Source of the DNA: a virus
Length of the DNA: 64,000 bases
IMG/VR virus record: IMGVR_UViG_3300017750_000004
Strand: one strand, 5' to 3'
This document shows, one piece after another, positions 20,401 to 29,511 of this stretch. The position numbers were made by a program, and so were the translations under genes. How positions within the stretch are numbered: position 1 is the stretch's first letter; each line of letters opens with the position of its first letter. The notes beneath the pieces are model-generated. The model was not told the DNA's origin. It was given only the letters and a program-made list of their open reading frames with translations, and searched no databases.

Positions 20401-21991
20401 TCGAGTCGAGCTCAGATTGCAATCTTTTCATTTCCTCTGAAGCAGGAAAAAGAGCATTATAAAGCTCTTGTCCAAGTGAAAAAACCATTGAGATAAGACC
20501 CAGGATACCTGCCGCCATAAATGCAGCATTTATTCCTCTGGCAATATTTTTTGCTGCGGTAGTCATAAACCTACCCATGCGCCCAGATCTTGCTTTAGTC
20601 TCTGCTTCTTTTTTCTTCTCCATCAGTTCTATTTTTTCTGCTTCAGTAAGTAGTCCAATATTTTGCTCTTCTATGATGGCCATTCTTAAGTTATAAGAAG
20701 CCCTCATGTCAGTAAGCTGCTGAGCATTCATCTTTCTTAAAATACTTGTTCTTTTATCCGCACTTAACTTGAGTTGTGCCTCTGCATTATCAAGAATTTT
20801 CTTTGCATTTGCAGCAGCTACTCGGTCTTGTTTTCCTTGGCCAGTAAGGAACATCATACCGCTTTGCTCGCCTCTAGTCATTTTGGTTTTAGACTCTTTA
20901 ACTGCTCTTGTTGCTGCTGCAGCGGTTTCTCTTTCGAAATCTTGTTGGGTCTTTGATGCTTTTTTCAGATCAATTTCATATGATTTTATTTGATCATTTA
21001 ATTCTTTTAATCCCTTTTGCTGGTTATCAAATGTTTTTGTAGCTGTCTCTTCCCATGCTTTAAAGTTTGGAAGTATTGTTCTTAATATAGGCAATGCAAA
21101 AAGAGTCAAAGCACCTACAAGAGCTGCAGTATTCTCAGATAAAAAATCGAAAACAGGTCTTAAATTATCAATAAGACCTACTTTTAGTGTATTAATAAGA
21201 TTGTCAAAACTATTTATAAATCTATTCAAGGAAGCAACCGAAGGATCTAATATTTCTTCGACGGCGCCAAACTTATCTTCTGCCTGTGACAATACTTCAT
21301 TTGCTACAGCTTGGCTTCTTTGGAAGGCAGACAGCTCGTTTACAGCTACGCCTATTGAGTCTGCGTATTTGCCTAAAGCAGTGTCCAATCTAAGAACAAT
21401 ACCTAATTCATCCAGCAGTTCTGGCTCTGCTTTTGTAGTACCTCGCACCAAACGGTTAAAGGAGTCTGTAAGATCTCGTCCCAAAGTTATTGAAGCATTT
21501 TTTGCTGCTTTTGCCAATCCTTCGAGCTGTGTTGGACTTAGACCAGAAGCCATACCAATTGCAGTAGCTCTAGATGCTTCTGCAAATGAAAGCTGCCCCA
21601 ATGTTGCATCTCTTACAGATTGTGTTATAGTTTGATAAGCTACGCCTGTTACAGCGCCAAGAGCTTTTTGACCAGCAATTAGATTCGATACGTCACTTGC
21701 ATCTTTTAAGAATTGAAAAGCGGCAGATACAGCAAAGACCTGGGCAGCAATTGTAGCATATACACCTACAATGCCTCCCATTCCTTGTTGCATTTTTGAA
21801 AATTCTTTTGTAGTATTTGAAGTTCGCTTACTTAGTCCCTGCATGTTTCGACTAGTATCACGAGATGATTTAGATACATCAGTTTGTGCATTATCTATTG
21901 CATCTAACTGTTTGCGTAGCTTTTTTGCAGACATTGTAACTTTCTGCATTTTGCCGTTGACTTCAATATCAATTTGAATTTTTTTCGCCAT
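17483..21991 (-). CDS. Tape measure protein
   Basis: 1502 aa Ala/Glu/Lys-rich helical protein; N-terminus like T5 pb2 (LGRDLTDSFNRLVRGTTKAEPELLDELGI); C-terminal GGI..GP.SGYPAMLHGNEAVVPL. Confidence 0.92.
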   Translation of the reverse strand: MAKKIQIDIEVNGKMQKVTMSAKKLRKQLDAIDNAQTDVSKSSRDTSRNMQGLSKRTSNTTKEFSKMQQGMGGIVGVYATIAAQVFAVSAAFQFLKDASDVSNLIAGQKALGAVTGVAYQTITQSVRDATLGQLSFAEASRATAIGMASGLSPTQLEGLAKAAKNASITLGRDLTDSFNRLVRGTTKAEPELLDELGIVLRLDTALGKYADSIGVAVNELSAFQRSQAVANEVLSQAEDKFGAVEEILDPSVASLNRFINSFDNLINTLKVGLIDNLRPVFDFLSENTAALVGALTLFALPILRTILPNFKAWEETATKTFDNQQKGLKELNDQIKSYEIDLKKASKTQQDFERETAAAATRAVKESKTKMTRGEQSGMMFLTGQGKQDRVAAANAKKILDNAEAQLKLSADKRTSILRKMNAQQLTDMRASYNLRMAIIEEQNIGLLTEAEKIELMEKKKEAETKARSGRMGRFMTTAAKNIARGINAAFMAAGILGLISMVFSLGQELYNALFPASEEMKRLQSELDSTTDKFETLASEIDRMGDALRSDKVNLIDKVVILGNAANSADLKALIDDFTMLEAASKGTDANTAATTEAFNSLLSEISELSPELGRLSKAYAEGGDTQEEAGKKLKNYTEKLIESGQAVKTLPAATEAVTREITKLAEATQEVTSISALGRATQAQAEKSAAIVAGAEAALGIEKELLTADRERLAVLQKKAKAGQVGRRGQQQRRGAKAASAALQTEIAALEAAIKKDGRRLEAQQARNDEIQAFNTLIQESIATEKEAFDKANTKQLKSNSLRNAGLTLQGKLNNVTAGVLASEVKRDKILASQRVTQEALNRAVADTENDLAQQSIPRLQRQLELDKLATSEANTQLKIEQDNAALQRALLPIQEKQFALSADTALVSAQQQINKQLQDEIKARSQILDLVLDQEKKSFELEARIKKQENPFFNEERFLAEKNLAFAQKMAVEKGKILDQEKNAQLAAIDLEEEMLKMQREGVALQLELLAAQIEFANENGKYDDLLGRVSDQIGKTRASAANISLDFKRDLVEAKTAAEQTNLQNAITDAELTLKALDPIQQVMEASADAFRTGLTDGINGAFTALADGTKTVGEALKDAAKSMLQTIQKEITQRMIVDPLIDGLLGEDKNGPTAVAAAHTNGATAIASAISTASSTATSNQKQALNTANNNMKTTFSTGATQLKTAIIEALNSGIHLKCCGDESTPPPPDPTSIAENPSQAVNEALGGGVGAQGPGAVTTESSGGGAQIVKASDPAGPMEEVVVRAPAIKGLKGSFNNFLGSFGDIFDKNAEGGFMEKLGIAFESGGGLFSSLFDSLPNMFSNIFGALTGGGGGGFGGMLGSAIGSMFGPIGGAVGGALGGLLGFADGGYTKKISGYSAGGIAKGPRSGYPAMLHGNEAVVPLPDGKTIPVAMQGGGGQQNNVTVNVSIDNQGNAQSSTSASSQEGANVGNLVAAAVQKELQNQKRSGGILNPYGVA

Positions 21992-22826
21992 TAGCCTTTT
22001 ACATTATGGGTGTAATGTTTTCCACCGCCTTTTGCTTTTCGTGCTTCGTTTTTACGTTTTATTTCTGCTTGTTCTGCTCTGTAGTTTACTAGTTTACTTT
22101 CGTAAAGTTTCATTATATAAAGTATTGTTTTTCTATCGTCTACTTCATACAAGTTAAAAAAGTATTCTATTCCGTCCCAATACTTTCCCATATATGTTCC
22201 ACTCATTCCTTCCCAGTGTTCCGGGAGAAGGCTAAACATAAAAAATGCCACTTGAACCTCTTCTGGAAAATCAGAAGGGTTGAGCGGCATTTTGGAGGGA
22301 TCAGGTTCTTGCCCTAATTGTTCACAGACAGCTAAATATTTTTCAACATCTAGTTTAGAATCTGCTTCCCGAATAAATCTTTCTAGTAAAGACTCTATTC
22401 GGGCGATTTGTTCCCAGTAAAATTTTCAAGATCTCCTACGGCCTCCGTAACCCAACTGTCAAATACATTTGAGTTTTTCATCAAAAGCTCGGCATTGTCT
22501 TGTGTATATGGAAGCGTGTCCTCGGGGTCAAGGTCTCCTACATCTACCAAAAGAAGCTCTTCTAGGTAACGATATTTTAAGCCTGACCATCCTTTAATAA
22601 CAGCTTTACAGTATTCTACAATAAATTTTTCTTCGTCTAAAGATTCTTCTGGCTGGCGAGTTTTCTTGTCAAACTTTGTGGTAACACAACGTTTTCGAAG
22701 TTTTAGCAGCTCTTCTCTAGCTAGATAGCAGAGAGAGACTTGTGTGCCATTATAGCCAGGAAAATCAATAGCTACGGTTTTACTTGCAGTCATAAGACTG
22801 GCGAGCGATACTGGTGAATCGGACAT
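21991..22826 (-). CDS. Tail assembly chaperone GT (programmed -1 frameshift product)
   Basis: The -1 frame from A-AAT-TTT (22425-22419) is open (YWEQIARIESLLERF...) and joins the 21991..22290 ORF. Confidence 0.8.
22395..22826 (-). CDS. Tail assembly chaperone G
   Basis: 143 aa acidic ORF between tail tube and tape measure genes, with its own promoter and RBS. Confidence 0.85.
   Translation of the reverse strand: MSDSPVSLASLMTASKTVAIDFPGYNGTQVSLCYLAREELLKLRKRCVTTKFDKKTRQPEESLDEEKFIVEYCKAVIKGWSGLKYRYLEELLLVDVGDLDPEDTLPYTQDNAELLMKNSNVFDSWVTEAVGDLENFTGNKSPE
22419..22425 (-). other. Slippery heptamer A AAT TTT
   Basis: X XXY YYZ pattern in frame, ending 7 codons before the G stop. Confidence 0.78.
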
Positions 22827-22862
22827 TTTTTGGTTCCTTTTTAAATAAATTTATATTTTGTA

Positions 22863-22891
22863 ATTATAAGGGAGGAGAGCTAAAAAGTCAA
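22863..22891 (-). promoter_or_regulatory. Sigma70-type promoter
   Basis: TTGACT-17 bp-TATAAT. Confidence 0.82.
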
Positions 22892-22915
22892 GAACTTTTT
22901 TTGAAAGGATAAAAG

Positions 22916-22939
22916 AAAAACCCGCCGAAGCGGGTTTTT
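22916..22939 (-). terminator. Intrinsic terminator after tail tube gene
   Basis: AAAAACCCGC-TTCG-GCGGGTTTTT on the minus strand. Confidence 0.88.
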
Positions 22940-22954
22940 GTCAAAAGTATAACT

Positions 22955-24625
22955 TTACAGCTTATTAGCGGTGTCTCCATGGTAAGCCAACTGAACTTCA
23001 TTAGCCACGTTAAAGTCCGTAGTATATGCACCAAAGTTAGTCTCAACTGAAATAACATCTTCAATAGAGTGAGTTGGTACGTCAATGTGACACTTAGGAA
23101 TTTTAACATCAAGTCTTGGAGTTCCTGCAACATTACCACCAATTTGGAAAGTTACATCAAAGTCGTTTACAACTTTATCCAAGCCGCCACCTGTAGTTGT
23201 CATATCATTAAACAGTTCTACAGAAGTTCCATTATTACCTGAATCGGTATCGAGGGTCAAGTAACAAGTAAAGCTTCCATTCGCTGTACGACCACCTGTT
23301 ACGTGCTCAATTGGAACGTTTACAGAACCTAGCTCTTCTGGCACCAAGTATGAAATATTATTTGAAATAGTAACATTTCCACCTGTCAACGTAAGATTGT
23401 AAGAGCCAGAAGGGAATTCATTTGTGTCAGCAGTAACACAAAGAAGCTGAGTCAAACGATTTCGAATAAAGGTAGTTGTTGCAGTTACACCCTTGTCAAA
23501 AGACTCTACTGCTTCTGTCGCTGCTGTAGCGCCAGATGCGGGTGCAGCAACTTCACCGCCATCTCCATCGTTTCCTAGATATAGCCGAAAGCCGTCCGCA
23601 GAGTTTAGAGCTACTCCCTTATGCTTGAGAGCAGTAGCCGCTCCGAATACGCCTGAAGCAGTTTTTGTACTTGTATTTACTACTTGTACAAAACCTTTTG
23701 ACTGAAGGTCAATAACCTGCTTTGCAAACCCAGACCAGTTAATAGTTGCAATACCATCTACCTCAAAATCAATGGAGGCTTCGTTAAATGCTGCTGCTTC
23801 GAGCTTATAAACCATTGGGTTTGAAGTACTTGTTTCCATTACAAAGTAAAGATTACAAGTTGCAAGTACCGCTCGGTTAGACTGGCCAAAGTTAATAAGA
23901 GATCCAACTGTAGTAGAAGAAGGTTCCATTACTGCAGGACCAAAAGTAGAGTTTTTATCTGAGTTTACACTTCTATAAAAACTTGCACCTGCTGTGTTAG
24001 TTACTGCATCTGCGGTAAGAACTACATTACCTCCTCCACCAATAAGAGCGGACGGAATAGTAACGGTTTCATTTGCTGTCCAGCTTGCGCCGCCAGAAAT
24101 TACTGTAACTGCTCCTACAGCACTTGCGGTCATTACAATATCTACTTCCCAACCTTGAGGATTGGGGGCAGAGCCTCCACTATATGTAAGGCCTGCCATA
24201 CCGCTATTAATAGTATAGGTGCCTGCAGTAGCTCCACTGATGCTTGAAGCTGCAGCGACAGTAGTATTGCTGCCTCCTGCACCTTCGACTAAACCACCGC
24301 CTGCGCTAGAAATAATATGCTTATCTGCTCCAGCCATTACTGCCCAGAGAGCTTCTTCTACTGCATGGTGTTCGTTAGTTGTGTTGTTCGTATAAGGTCG
24401 AACATAAGTACTAAAGGACCACTCTGCGGGTGCCAGAGAGTCTGTAAATACCCTATTACCTCGTCGGCTCAATCCGTCGAAACCTTGCATTTCTGAAAGA
24501 GAAATTTCCGACTGATTGGTAGACTGTGAGAAACTGAAACCATCTAGTACGGGAATTTCCCATAATTGATCATCAAATTCGATGTAAAGTTTCGAGTCTC
24601 TGCTAAAATATAATTGTTCTGCCAT
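22955..24625 (-). CDS. Major tail (tube) protein, T5 pb6-like
   Basis: RGNRVFTDSLAPAEWSFSTYVRPY matches the pb6 N-terminus (RGSKRFNDSLNAAEWSFSTY); C-terminal IDVPTHSIEDVISVETNF; Gly/Ala-rich inserts. Confidence 0.9.
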   Translation of the reverse strand: MAEQLYFSRDSKLYIEFDDQLWEIPVLDGFSFSQSTNQSEISLSEMQGFDGLSRRGNRVFTDSLAPAEWSFSTYVRPYTNNTTNEHHAVEEALWAVMAGADKHIISSAGGGLVEGAGGSNTTVAAASSISGATAGTYTINSGMAGLTYSGGSAPNPQGWEVDIVMTASAVGAVTVISGGASWTANETVTIPSALIGGGGNVVLTADAVTNTAGASFYRSVNSDKNSTFGPAVMEPSSTTVGSLINFGQSNRAVLATCNLYFVMETSTSNPMVYKLEAAAFNEASIDFEVDGIATINWSGFAKQVIDLQSKGFVQVVNTSTKTASGVFGAATALKHKGVALNSADGFRLYLGNDGDGGEVAAPASGATAATEAVESFDKGVTATTTFIRNRLTQLLCVTADTNEFPSGSYNLTLTGGNVTISNNISYLVPEELGSVNVPIEHVTGGRTANGSFTCYLTLDTDSGNNGTSVELFNDMTTTGGGLDKVVNDFDVTFQIGGNVAGTPRLDVKIPKCHIDVPTHSIEDVISVETNFGAYTTDFNVANEVQLAYHGDTANKL

Positions 24626-24685
24626 AGCATGTCTCCTAGAGATTGAAAGGGCTAGGACGTGAGCCTTTGCTCCTGCCTGCCGTTT

Positions 24686-25138
24686 CTAGTATTGAACCTG
24701 AAGCTGCATCTCCGCTACACCAAAAGGTTCAAGAACTCCTTCATCAGTATCAATACTGAGAATAATAATATCGTGAGTTGTTTGTGTTACTCCTTGCCTA
24801 TCAATATAAGCTAATCTGCCATTGCTCTCTACCACAGTTTCTACATCTTCCAAAAGCTGGTCTAAAGCAGTAACAGCATCCGTTTCTTTTACATAACAGC
24901 GGATAGTAATGTTTAAAAACCTATCTTTGTATCCACCACCTTGATATTCTCTTGTTTCTGATCCTGCATTTAAGTGTATTGCAGGAAAAGTATCTACTTC
25001 ATCCCAGAACTTTAAGCGCGGATGTACATTATCATATACATCACTTAAAAATGCTCCGGTTTGATTTATTTTCTTTAATTCTACAACTAGTGCATCTACG
25101 ATAGCGGACCTACGTGTTGTATATGTTCTTGCCGCCAT
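24686..25138 (-). CDS. Tail terminator protein (T5 p142-like)
   Basis: Position in the head-tail block; LKFWDEVDTFPAIH and IDTDEGVL.PFGVAE motifs. Confidence 0.75.
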   Translation of the reverse strand: MAARTYTTRRSAIVDALVVELKKINQTGAFLSDVYDNVHPRLKFWDEVDTFPAIHLNAGSETREYQGGGYKDRFLNITIRCYVKETDAVTALDQLLEDVETVVESNGRLAYIDRQGVTQTTHDIIILSIDTDEGVLEPFGVAEMQLQVQY

Positions 25139-26553
25139 TATACTCTCCTAGTATAGAATCTTCCTATTGCAAAACTTGCTGCTACTTCCCGGATTGACAT
25201 ATCTATCAATTTTCTAGGATCATAGTCCGGCGAGCCTTGTGTACCTCCAACCTCAAATGTGTCGTAGGGTCTTTTTTGATAAGTATACCCAATACTAGGA
25301 AAGCCACCTTGAGTTCTCGTAATCTCTGTTGCTCTTACGGATCTTGAAAAACGACCAGATACATTTGATAGTCTTGGCGGCCCCATGTTCCCTGCTACTA
25401 TTGAAGGAAGCTGAGAATTTAAAACACCTAAAAGCTTTTGTAAGTGTACACTTGAACTTTTGACTCCGGCTCTTCTTCGTGCACCTTGAGAGCTTTTTGC
25501 TCCCATTGCTACTGTTGATTTATCCACAAAAGGTTTTACGTTATTAATTTTTCTTTCACGAGTTCTGCTTCTTGCAGTAACTGGTTTATTTTTAATTTTT
25601 TGTCTTTTAAAATTAGATCGAGTAGATTTTCGTGTTTTTCCGTCTTCTGGAGCAAATAAGTTTAGTGACTTTTTAGCTACAATTTCTATAGGAGAGTCTG
25701 ATCCTTCTTGATTTGGCCAGTCTGTTCTATCTACAATTTCCTCTAGTGCTTTTTGTATGCTACCTGATTTTTCTAGCGTTGCTTTTGATGCGTTTACACT
25801 TGTTGCTTCTAATTCTACTCGAACTTCATGAATTAGATCGCCTTTTTCGTTTTCAACCGGTATCTTTACTATTTTAATACCGTATTTTTTTAATATTTTC
25901 TTTAAATGAACTCTTGCAAAACTATCGGCCTTTTGATTATCAAATTGAAAAAGAACATCATTAAAAGCTCGAGCTCTTTCTTCTGCGATTGCTCCGCCTT
26001 CCATGTGTCCTACATCTAATAATACTGCTTTTGGATTAAATTTATACGGCTTATCCTTTCTACCTGCTTTTCCGGGCTTTGGCTTTGAAAAAGTTCCTTC
26101 TCTTTCTTTATCGGGACTATTTAAATTTTTAATCTCTTTATCTAGTGCTTCCGCTAGAGGCTTTTGCGCATCTCCTTTCTTTTTCTTTAAATAGTTATAA
26201 ATTGAGACGGAGCCTCCGGTATTCCTTTGTTCAATTATTGCAACAAAATCCACAGAAGTTGATGCTGCTTGAAAAGTTACTTTAATTGAGGGGGTATCTG
26301 TTAAAGTAGAGTGAAGCTCTGTAACTAATTTAGGAACTTCTTCTCTTATAATCTTTTTTATACTTTCAGGTATTTTTTCTTTAATAAAAGTTCTTTTCTT
26401 TAACTGGCGAATAACTTGTCTGTTTACGCTTTTCACACTGCAGGCGAGATAGTGAGTTCTAGTATCTGATACTTGTTCTCTGAATGCTCTATTATCTTTT
26501 TTAAGTTGATCTAAGAGTTCATCAGCTAACTTTTCTAAATCTTTTTTTGCCAT
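25138..26553 (-). CDS. Tail completion protein (T5 p143-like, extended)
   Basis: C-terminal GPPRLSNVSGRF...YTYQKRPYDTFE...YDPRKLI matches the T5-family completion protein; synteny. Confidence 0.7.
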   Translation of the reverse strand: MAKKDLEKLADELLDQLKKDNRAFREQVSDTRTHYLACSVKSVNRQVIRQLKKRTFIKEKIPESIKKIIREEVPKLVTELHSTLTDTPSIKVTFQAASTSVDFVAIIEQRNTGGSVSIYNYLKKKKGDAQKPLAEALDKEIKNLNSPDKEREGTFSKPKPGKAGRKDKPYKFNPKAVLLDVGHMEGGAIAEERARAFNDVLFQFDNQKADSFARVHLKKILKKYGIKIVKIPVENEKGDLIHEVRVELEATSVNASKATLEKSGSIQKALEEIVDRTDWPNQEGSDSPIEIVAKKSLNLFAPEDGKTRKSTRSNFKRQKIKNKPVTARSRTRERKINNVKPFVDKSTVAMGAKSSQGARRRAGVKSSSVHLQKLLGVLNSQLPSIVAGNMGPPRLSNVSGRFSRSVRATEITRTQGGFPSIGYTYQKRPYDTFEVGGTQGSPDYDPRKLIDMSIREVAASFAIGRFYTRRV

Positions 26554-27125
26554 TAGAAATTTTTGTACATATCCAAGACTCTCTTAATATGATCGGGGAA
26601 TCCTCTGCCTTCTCCACTAGGAGCATTTTCCATTGTTGCTCCGGAGAGTGTTCGTCGTGTCTTATGTTCATCTTTGAAATAGTAGTTAATTAAATCAATA
26701 ACTGCTATTTGTAAATCTAACGGAGTGGAAGAATACCCAGCAGTATATGTAATTTTTACCGATCCAACTCCTCGAGGCCAATTAGAAAAAGCAGTACCAT
26801 TAATAGAAACTACAGAATCTGTTGCTGTTTCTAAGTACCACTTATCAGTGGGCAAAATAGTATATGCAAAAGTTGGTTGATCTCTAGTTTCTACAGAAAC
26901 AATAGTATTCACAGGGCTTTCTGTTAATTGAACAATATAACTGTCCCAATTCATGCTAAAAACTTCTACTTTATTTGTAGAGTAGAAGTCTACAAAAGTG
27001 TTTGCACAATAAGTTTTTACTAATTCACTCACAGAATCAATAATGCGAGTAATCTTATAGTCATCCTTTGGGCTTTGGATGCCTTCTGCGTCTTTAAACT
27101 GCTTTAAAGTTATAAGATTTGCCAT
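26553..27125 (-). CDS. Head completion / head-tail connector protein
   Basis: LITLKQFKDAEGI..., ITYTAGYSSTPLDLQIAVIDL, gp6-like; directly after the capsid gene. Confidence 0.8.
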   Translation of the reverse strand: MANLITLKQFKDAEGIQSPKDDYKITRIIDSVSELVKTYCANTFVDFYSTNKVEVFSMNWDSYIVQLTESPVNTIVSVETRDQPTFAYTILPTDKWYLETATDSVVSINGTAFSNWPRGVGSVKITYTAGYSSTPLDLQIAVIDLINYYFKDEHKTRRTLSGATMENAPSGEGRGFPDHIKRVLDMYKNF

Positions 27126-27137
27126 AAGTCAATTAGT

Positions 27138-27168
27138 AAAAACTTGGGGTGGCGAACCACCCCAGTTT
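27138..27168 (-). terminator. Intrinsic terminator after capsid gene
   Basis: TGGGGTGG-TTCG-CCACCCCA followed by AGTTTTT on the minus strand. Confidence 0.88.
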
Positions 27169-27181
27169 AATAGCTTAGCTA

Positions 27182-29230
27182 TTAGCTGTTAGCGTATCGG
27201 CACATTGCGACAGGCAGACCGACAGTGGCGGCATCACCTGCGAAGAGCTCTTCGAAGCCAACAGATTGGCTAGCAACGATTGCTGTACGCTGGTTACCAA
27301 CTTGGTACTCGGTTTCCAGGCTTACGCCCTTCATTCGAGGAATAATGTAGTTGGGAACATTTACAAGGATTGCGCAAGGCTCAGTTGCAGGGTTCACAGT
27401 CTTATCGACTGCAAGAGCTGCATCATCAGCTACGACTACTGGAATTGCAAAGATTGAACCTACAACACCAGTTCGCTTGATAGCGAGATCGCTGCCAACT
27501 TCCGTTACGTCTTGGAAGTTGATGTCTGAGAGCAGATCATTGTATGCAGTGTAAGAAACAACGAGCATAAGATCTGCAGGGTTCAAGCCATACTTCTTCA
27601 TAGTTGAACGCATACGAAGAATGTCTTGACCAATCAGTGAGTCTGCACCAGCACCAGATTGAGTGAGACCAGCAGTAGCAGTACCAGTAACAAGCAGTGA
27701 GTTACTGAAAGTACCAAATGCACCAATCAAACCAGTACCAGCTTGACCTGCAGCACCTGAGTGACCAGAAATACACATCTTGTCCATAGCACGAGCGTGT
27801 GCACGAACCATGCCTTCACGAATCATAGGAAGAAGGGCAACAAGAGTGCTTTCTTCGGTATCATTCGTGATGTATGACGTAGAAGTCATACGAGCAGCAG
27901 TAATAGTCTTCTGCAGCGCATTGAAAGTAGCTCCACCTTGTGCAGTACCATTTGCATTACCCTGGAGGGTTGCAGGAGAGTTAGTTTCATCTGCCTCAGA
28001 ACCACTACCGAAGGTAGCTGTTACAGAGTCAGGCATCAAGGGCAGTACAGTCTTAGTGCTATTTACTGCAATTTCACGGAAAGCACTAGCAACCTTCAAC
28101 TCAAGAAGAAGCTCCCGCTCAAATTGAGTGGCAGTTTCAATATCAAGAAGAGGAGCAATGTTACTTGCAGAAGCAACACCTACACCATACTTGTTAATTA
28201 CGCCTTGGGCAAAATCAGTTTCCCAACCCTTACGAGTCAAGTTACCAAGAATTTTTGCTTCAAGGATTTCGCGGCCACCTGCTGAAAGGTCGCCCGGCTG
28301 AGAACGATCAGAGAACTGACGCTTGCTGTTATGCATAGCTTCAAGTTCAACTGACTTTTCTTCCAGCTCAGCTTTATACTTTTCAAGAATTTCTGCGGTG
28401 TTAGCTTGCTCCGCTTGGAATTCTTTACGCAGATCTTCTGCGAGCTTCTCAGTGCCTGACTCGATGCCAGTACGGATTGAGCTCTCGACTTTTTCTTGCT
28501 GCTCTACGGCAGCCTTTTCAGCATCTGCTTGATCGGCAGCCTTTTGAGCTTCGGCGTCTGCAGTAGCTTTTGCTTCAGCTTCTACTGAGGCTTTTTCTTC
28601 GGCCTGACGAATTGCAATCTTAGCAGCAGTTTCTTCCGCTACCTTCTTAGCAAAAGCGTCTAGGTCGATTTCGGGAGCTTTTGTTTCTTCCGACATATCT
28701 GTCTCCATTAAAGAGGAATCTTCCTCGCTTTTAAAAGTTTTCTTGAAGTCTTTATAATCCTGCTCAGAATCGAATGACTTCGACAAAGAAAAAGTAGCTG
28801 CTTGATTGCAAGGTACTGTAACAACAGATACTTCAAACAACTCAGCGTCCTTAATCATTAATCCATCGGTTTCCTCAAGGTAATCGGCATCCTTGACTTT
28901 GAAACCGACAGAAAACGCTCCAAGGACACCGTCTTTGATTAAATTAGCACAGTCAGCATGTTTACTAATCTTTGCTTCCATGTGCAAGCCGTCCGCTGTG
29001 GGAGTAACTTTTGTTGCTCGTCCAATCGGTCGGTTATAATCGTGATTAAATAGTATAATAGGGTTCTTTTCAAAATTACCAAGACCCCCTTTAGTCCATG
29101 CTTCTGAAGAAATTGAGTCTCCAGCACGATCAAACGCATTTGTGCTGGCCATTCCACGAACCATGATAGAGCCGTCTTCTTGTGGCTCGCTCTTAAAAGT
29201 AGATGTTAAGTTAAATGTTTTATTCGTCAT
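27182..29230 (-). CDS. Prohead protease - scaffold - HK97-fold major capsid protein fusion
   Basis: N-terminal HK97-type protease (LFNHDYNRPIG, AFSVGF, ELFEVSVVTVPCN), Glu/Ala-rich coiled-coil, then capsid; a single 682 aa ORF. Confidence 0.88.
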   Translation of the reverse strand: MTNKTFNLTSTFKSEPQEDGSIMVRGMASTNAFDRAGDSISSEAWTKGGLGNFEKNPIILFNHDYNRPIGRATKVTPTADGLHMEAKISKHADCANLIKDGVLGAFSVGFKVKDADYLEETDGLMIKDAELFEVSVVTVPCNQAATFSLSKSFDSEQDYKDFKKTFKSEEDSSLMETDMSEETKAPEIDLDAFAKKVAEETAAKIAIRQAEEKASVEAEAKATADAEAQKAADQADAEKAAVEQQEKVESSIRTGIESGTEKLAEDLRKEFQAEQANTAEILEKYKAELEEKSVELEAMHNSKRQFSDRSQPGDLSAGGREILEAKILGNLTRKGWETDFAQGVINKYGVGVASASNIAPLLDIETATQFERELLLELKVASAFREIAVNSTKTVLPLMPDSVTATFGSGSEADETNSPATLQGNANGTAQGGATFNALQKTITAARMTSTSYITNDTEESTLVALLPMIREGMVRAHARAMDKMCISGHSGAAGQAGTGLIGAFGTFSNSLLVTGTATAGLTQSGAGADSLIGQDILRMRSTMKKYGLNPADLMLVVSYTAYNDLLSDINFQDVTEVGSDLAIKRTGVVGSIFAIPVVVADDAALAVDKTVNPATEPCAILVNVPNYIIPRMKGVSLETEYQVGNQRTAIVASQSVGFEELFAGDAATVGLPVAMCRYANS
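28694..28706 (-). promoter_or_regulatory. Internal RBS and start for capsid-only product (MSEETK..., 504 aa)
   Basis: GGAG-ACAGAT-ATG in frame at 28696, at the protease/scaffold boundary. Confidence 0.7.
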
Positions 29231-29510
29231 TCTTCTTTACCTTTGCCTTTGGGGCGGGCTTAGGCTTTGGGGCAACCTTTGGTGCAGGTTTAGCAGCAGA
29301 TTCAAGATCCACAAAAATTGTGGGGTCTACTCTTCTAACCCAATCTAAAGCCATATCGTAACTTTTAAACCATTTCATTAAATAAGTTGTTGCAATAGGA
29401 GCATCCGCCGCATTAAGATACTCTTGAAGAGTAAGTGCTTTGCCTTTAGTTCTAAAGTAGGCAGCGAGCTGACGAGCTCCTAAAACTGCATGATTCTTTC
29501 GTACTCCCAT
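29220..29510 (-). CDS. Hypothetical protein between portal and protease
   Basis: 96 aa ORF with RBS GGAG and Pro/Lys-rich C-terminus. Confidence 0.6.
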   Translation of the reverse strand: MGVRKNHAVLGARQLAAYFRTKGKALTLQEYLNAADAPIATTYLMKWFKSYDMALDWVRRVDPTIFVDLESAAKPAPKVAPKPKPAPKAKVKKNDE

Positions 29511-29511
29511 A

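Noticed and set aside
25520-25528. Perfect DnaA box TTATCCACA
   Set aside because: Single copy inside a coding sequence; consistent with chance.
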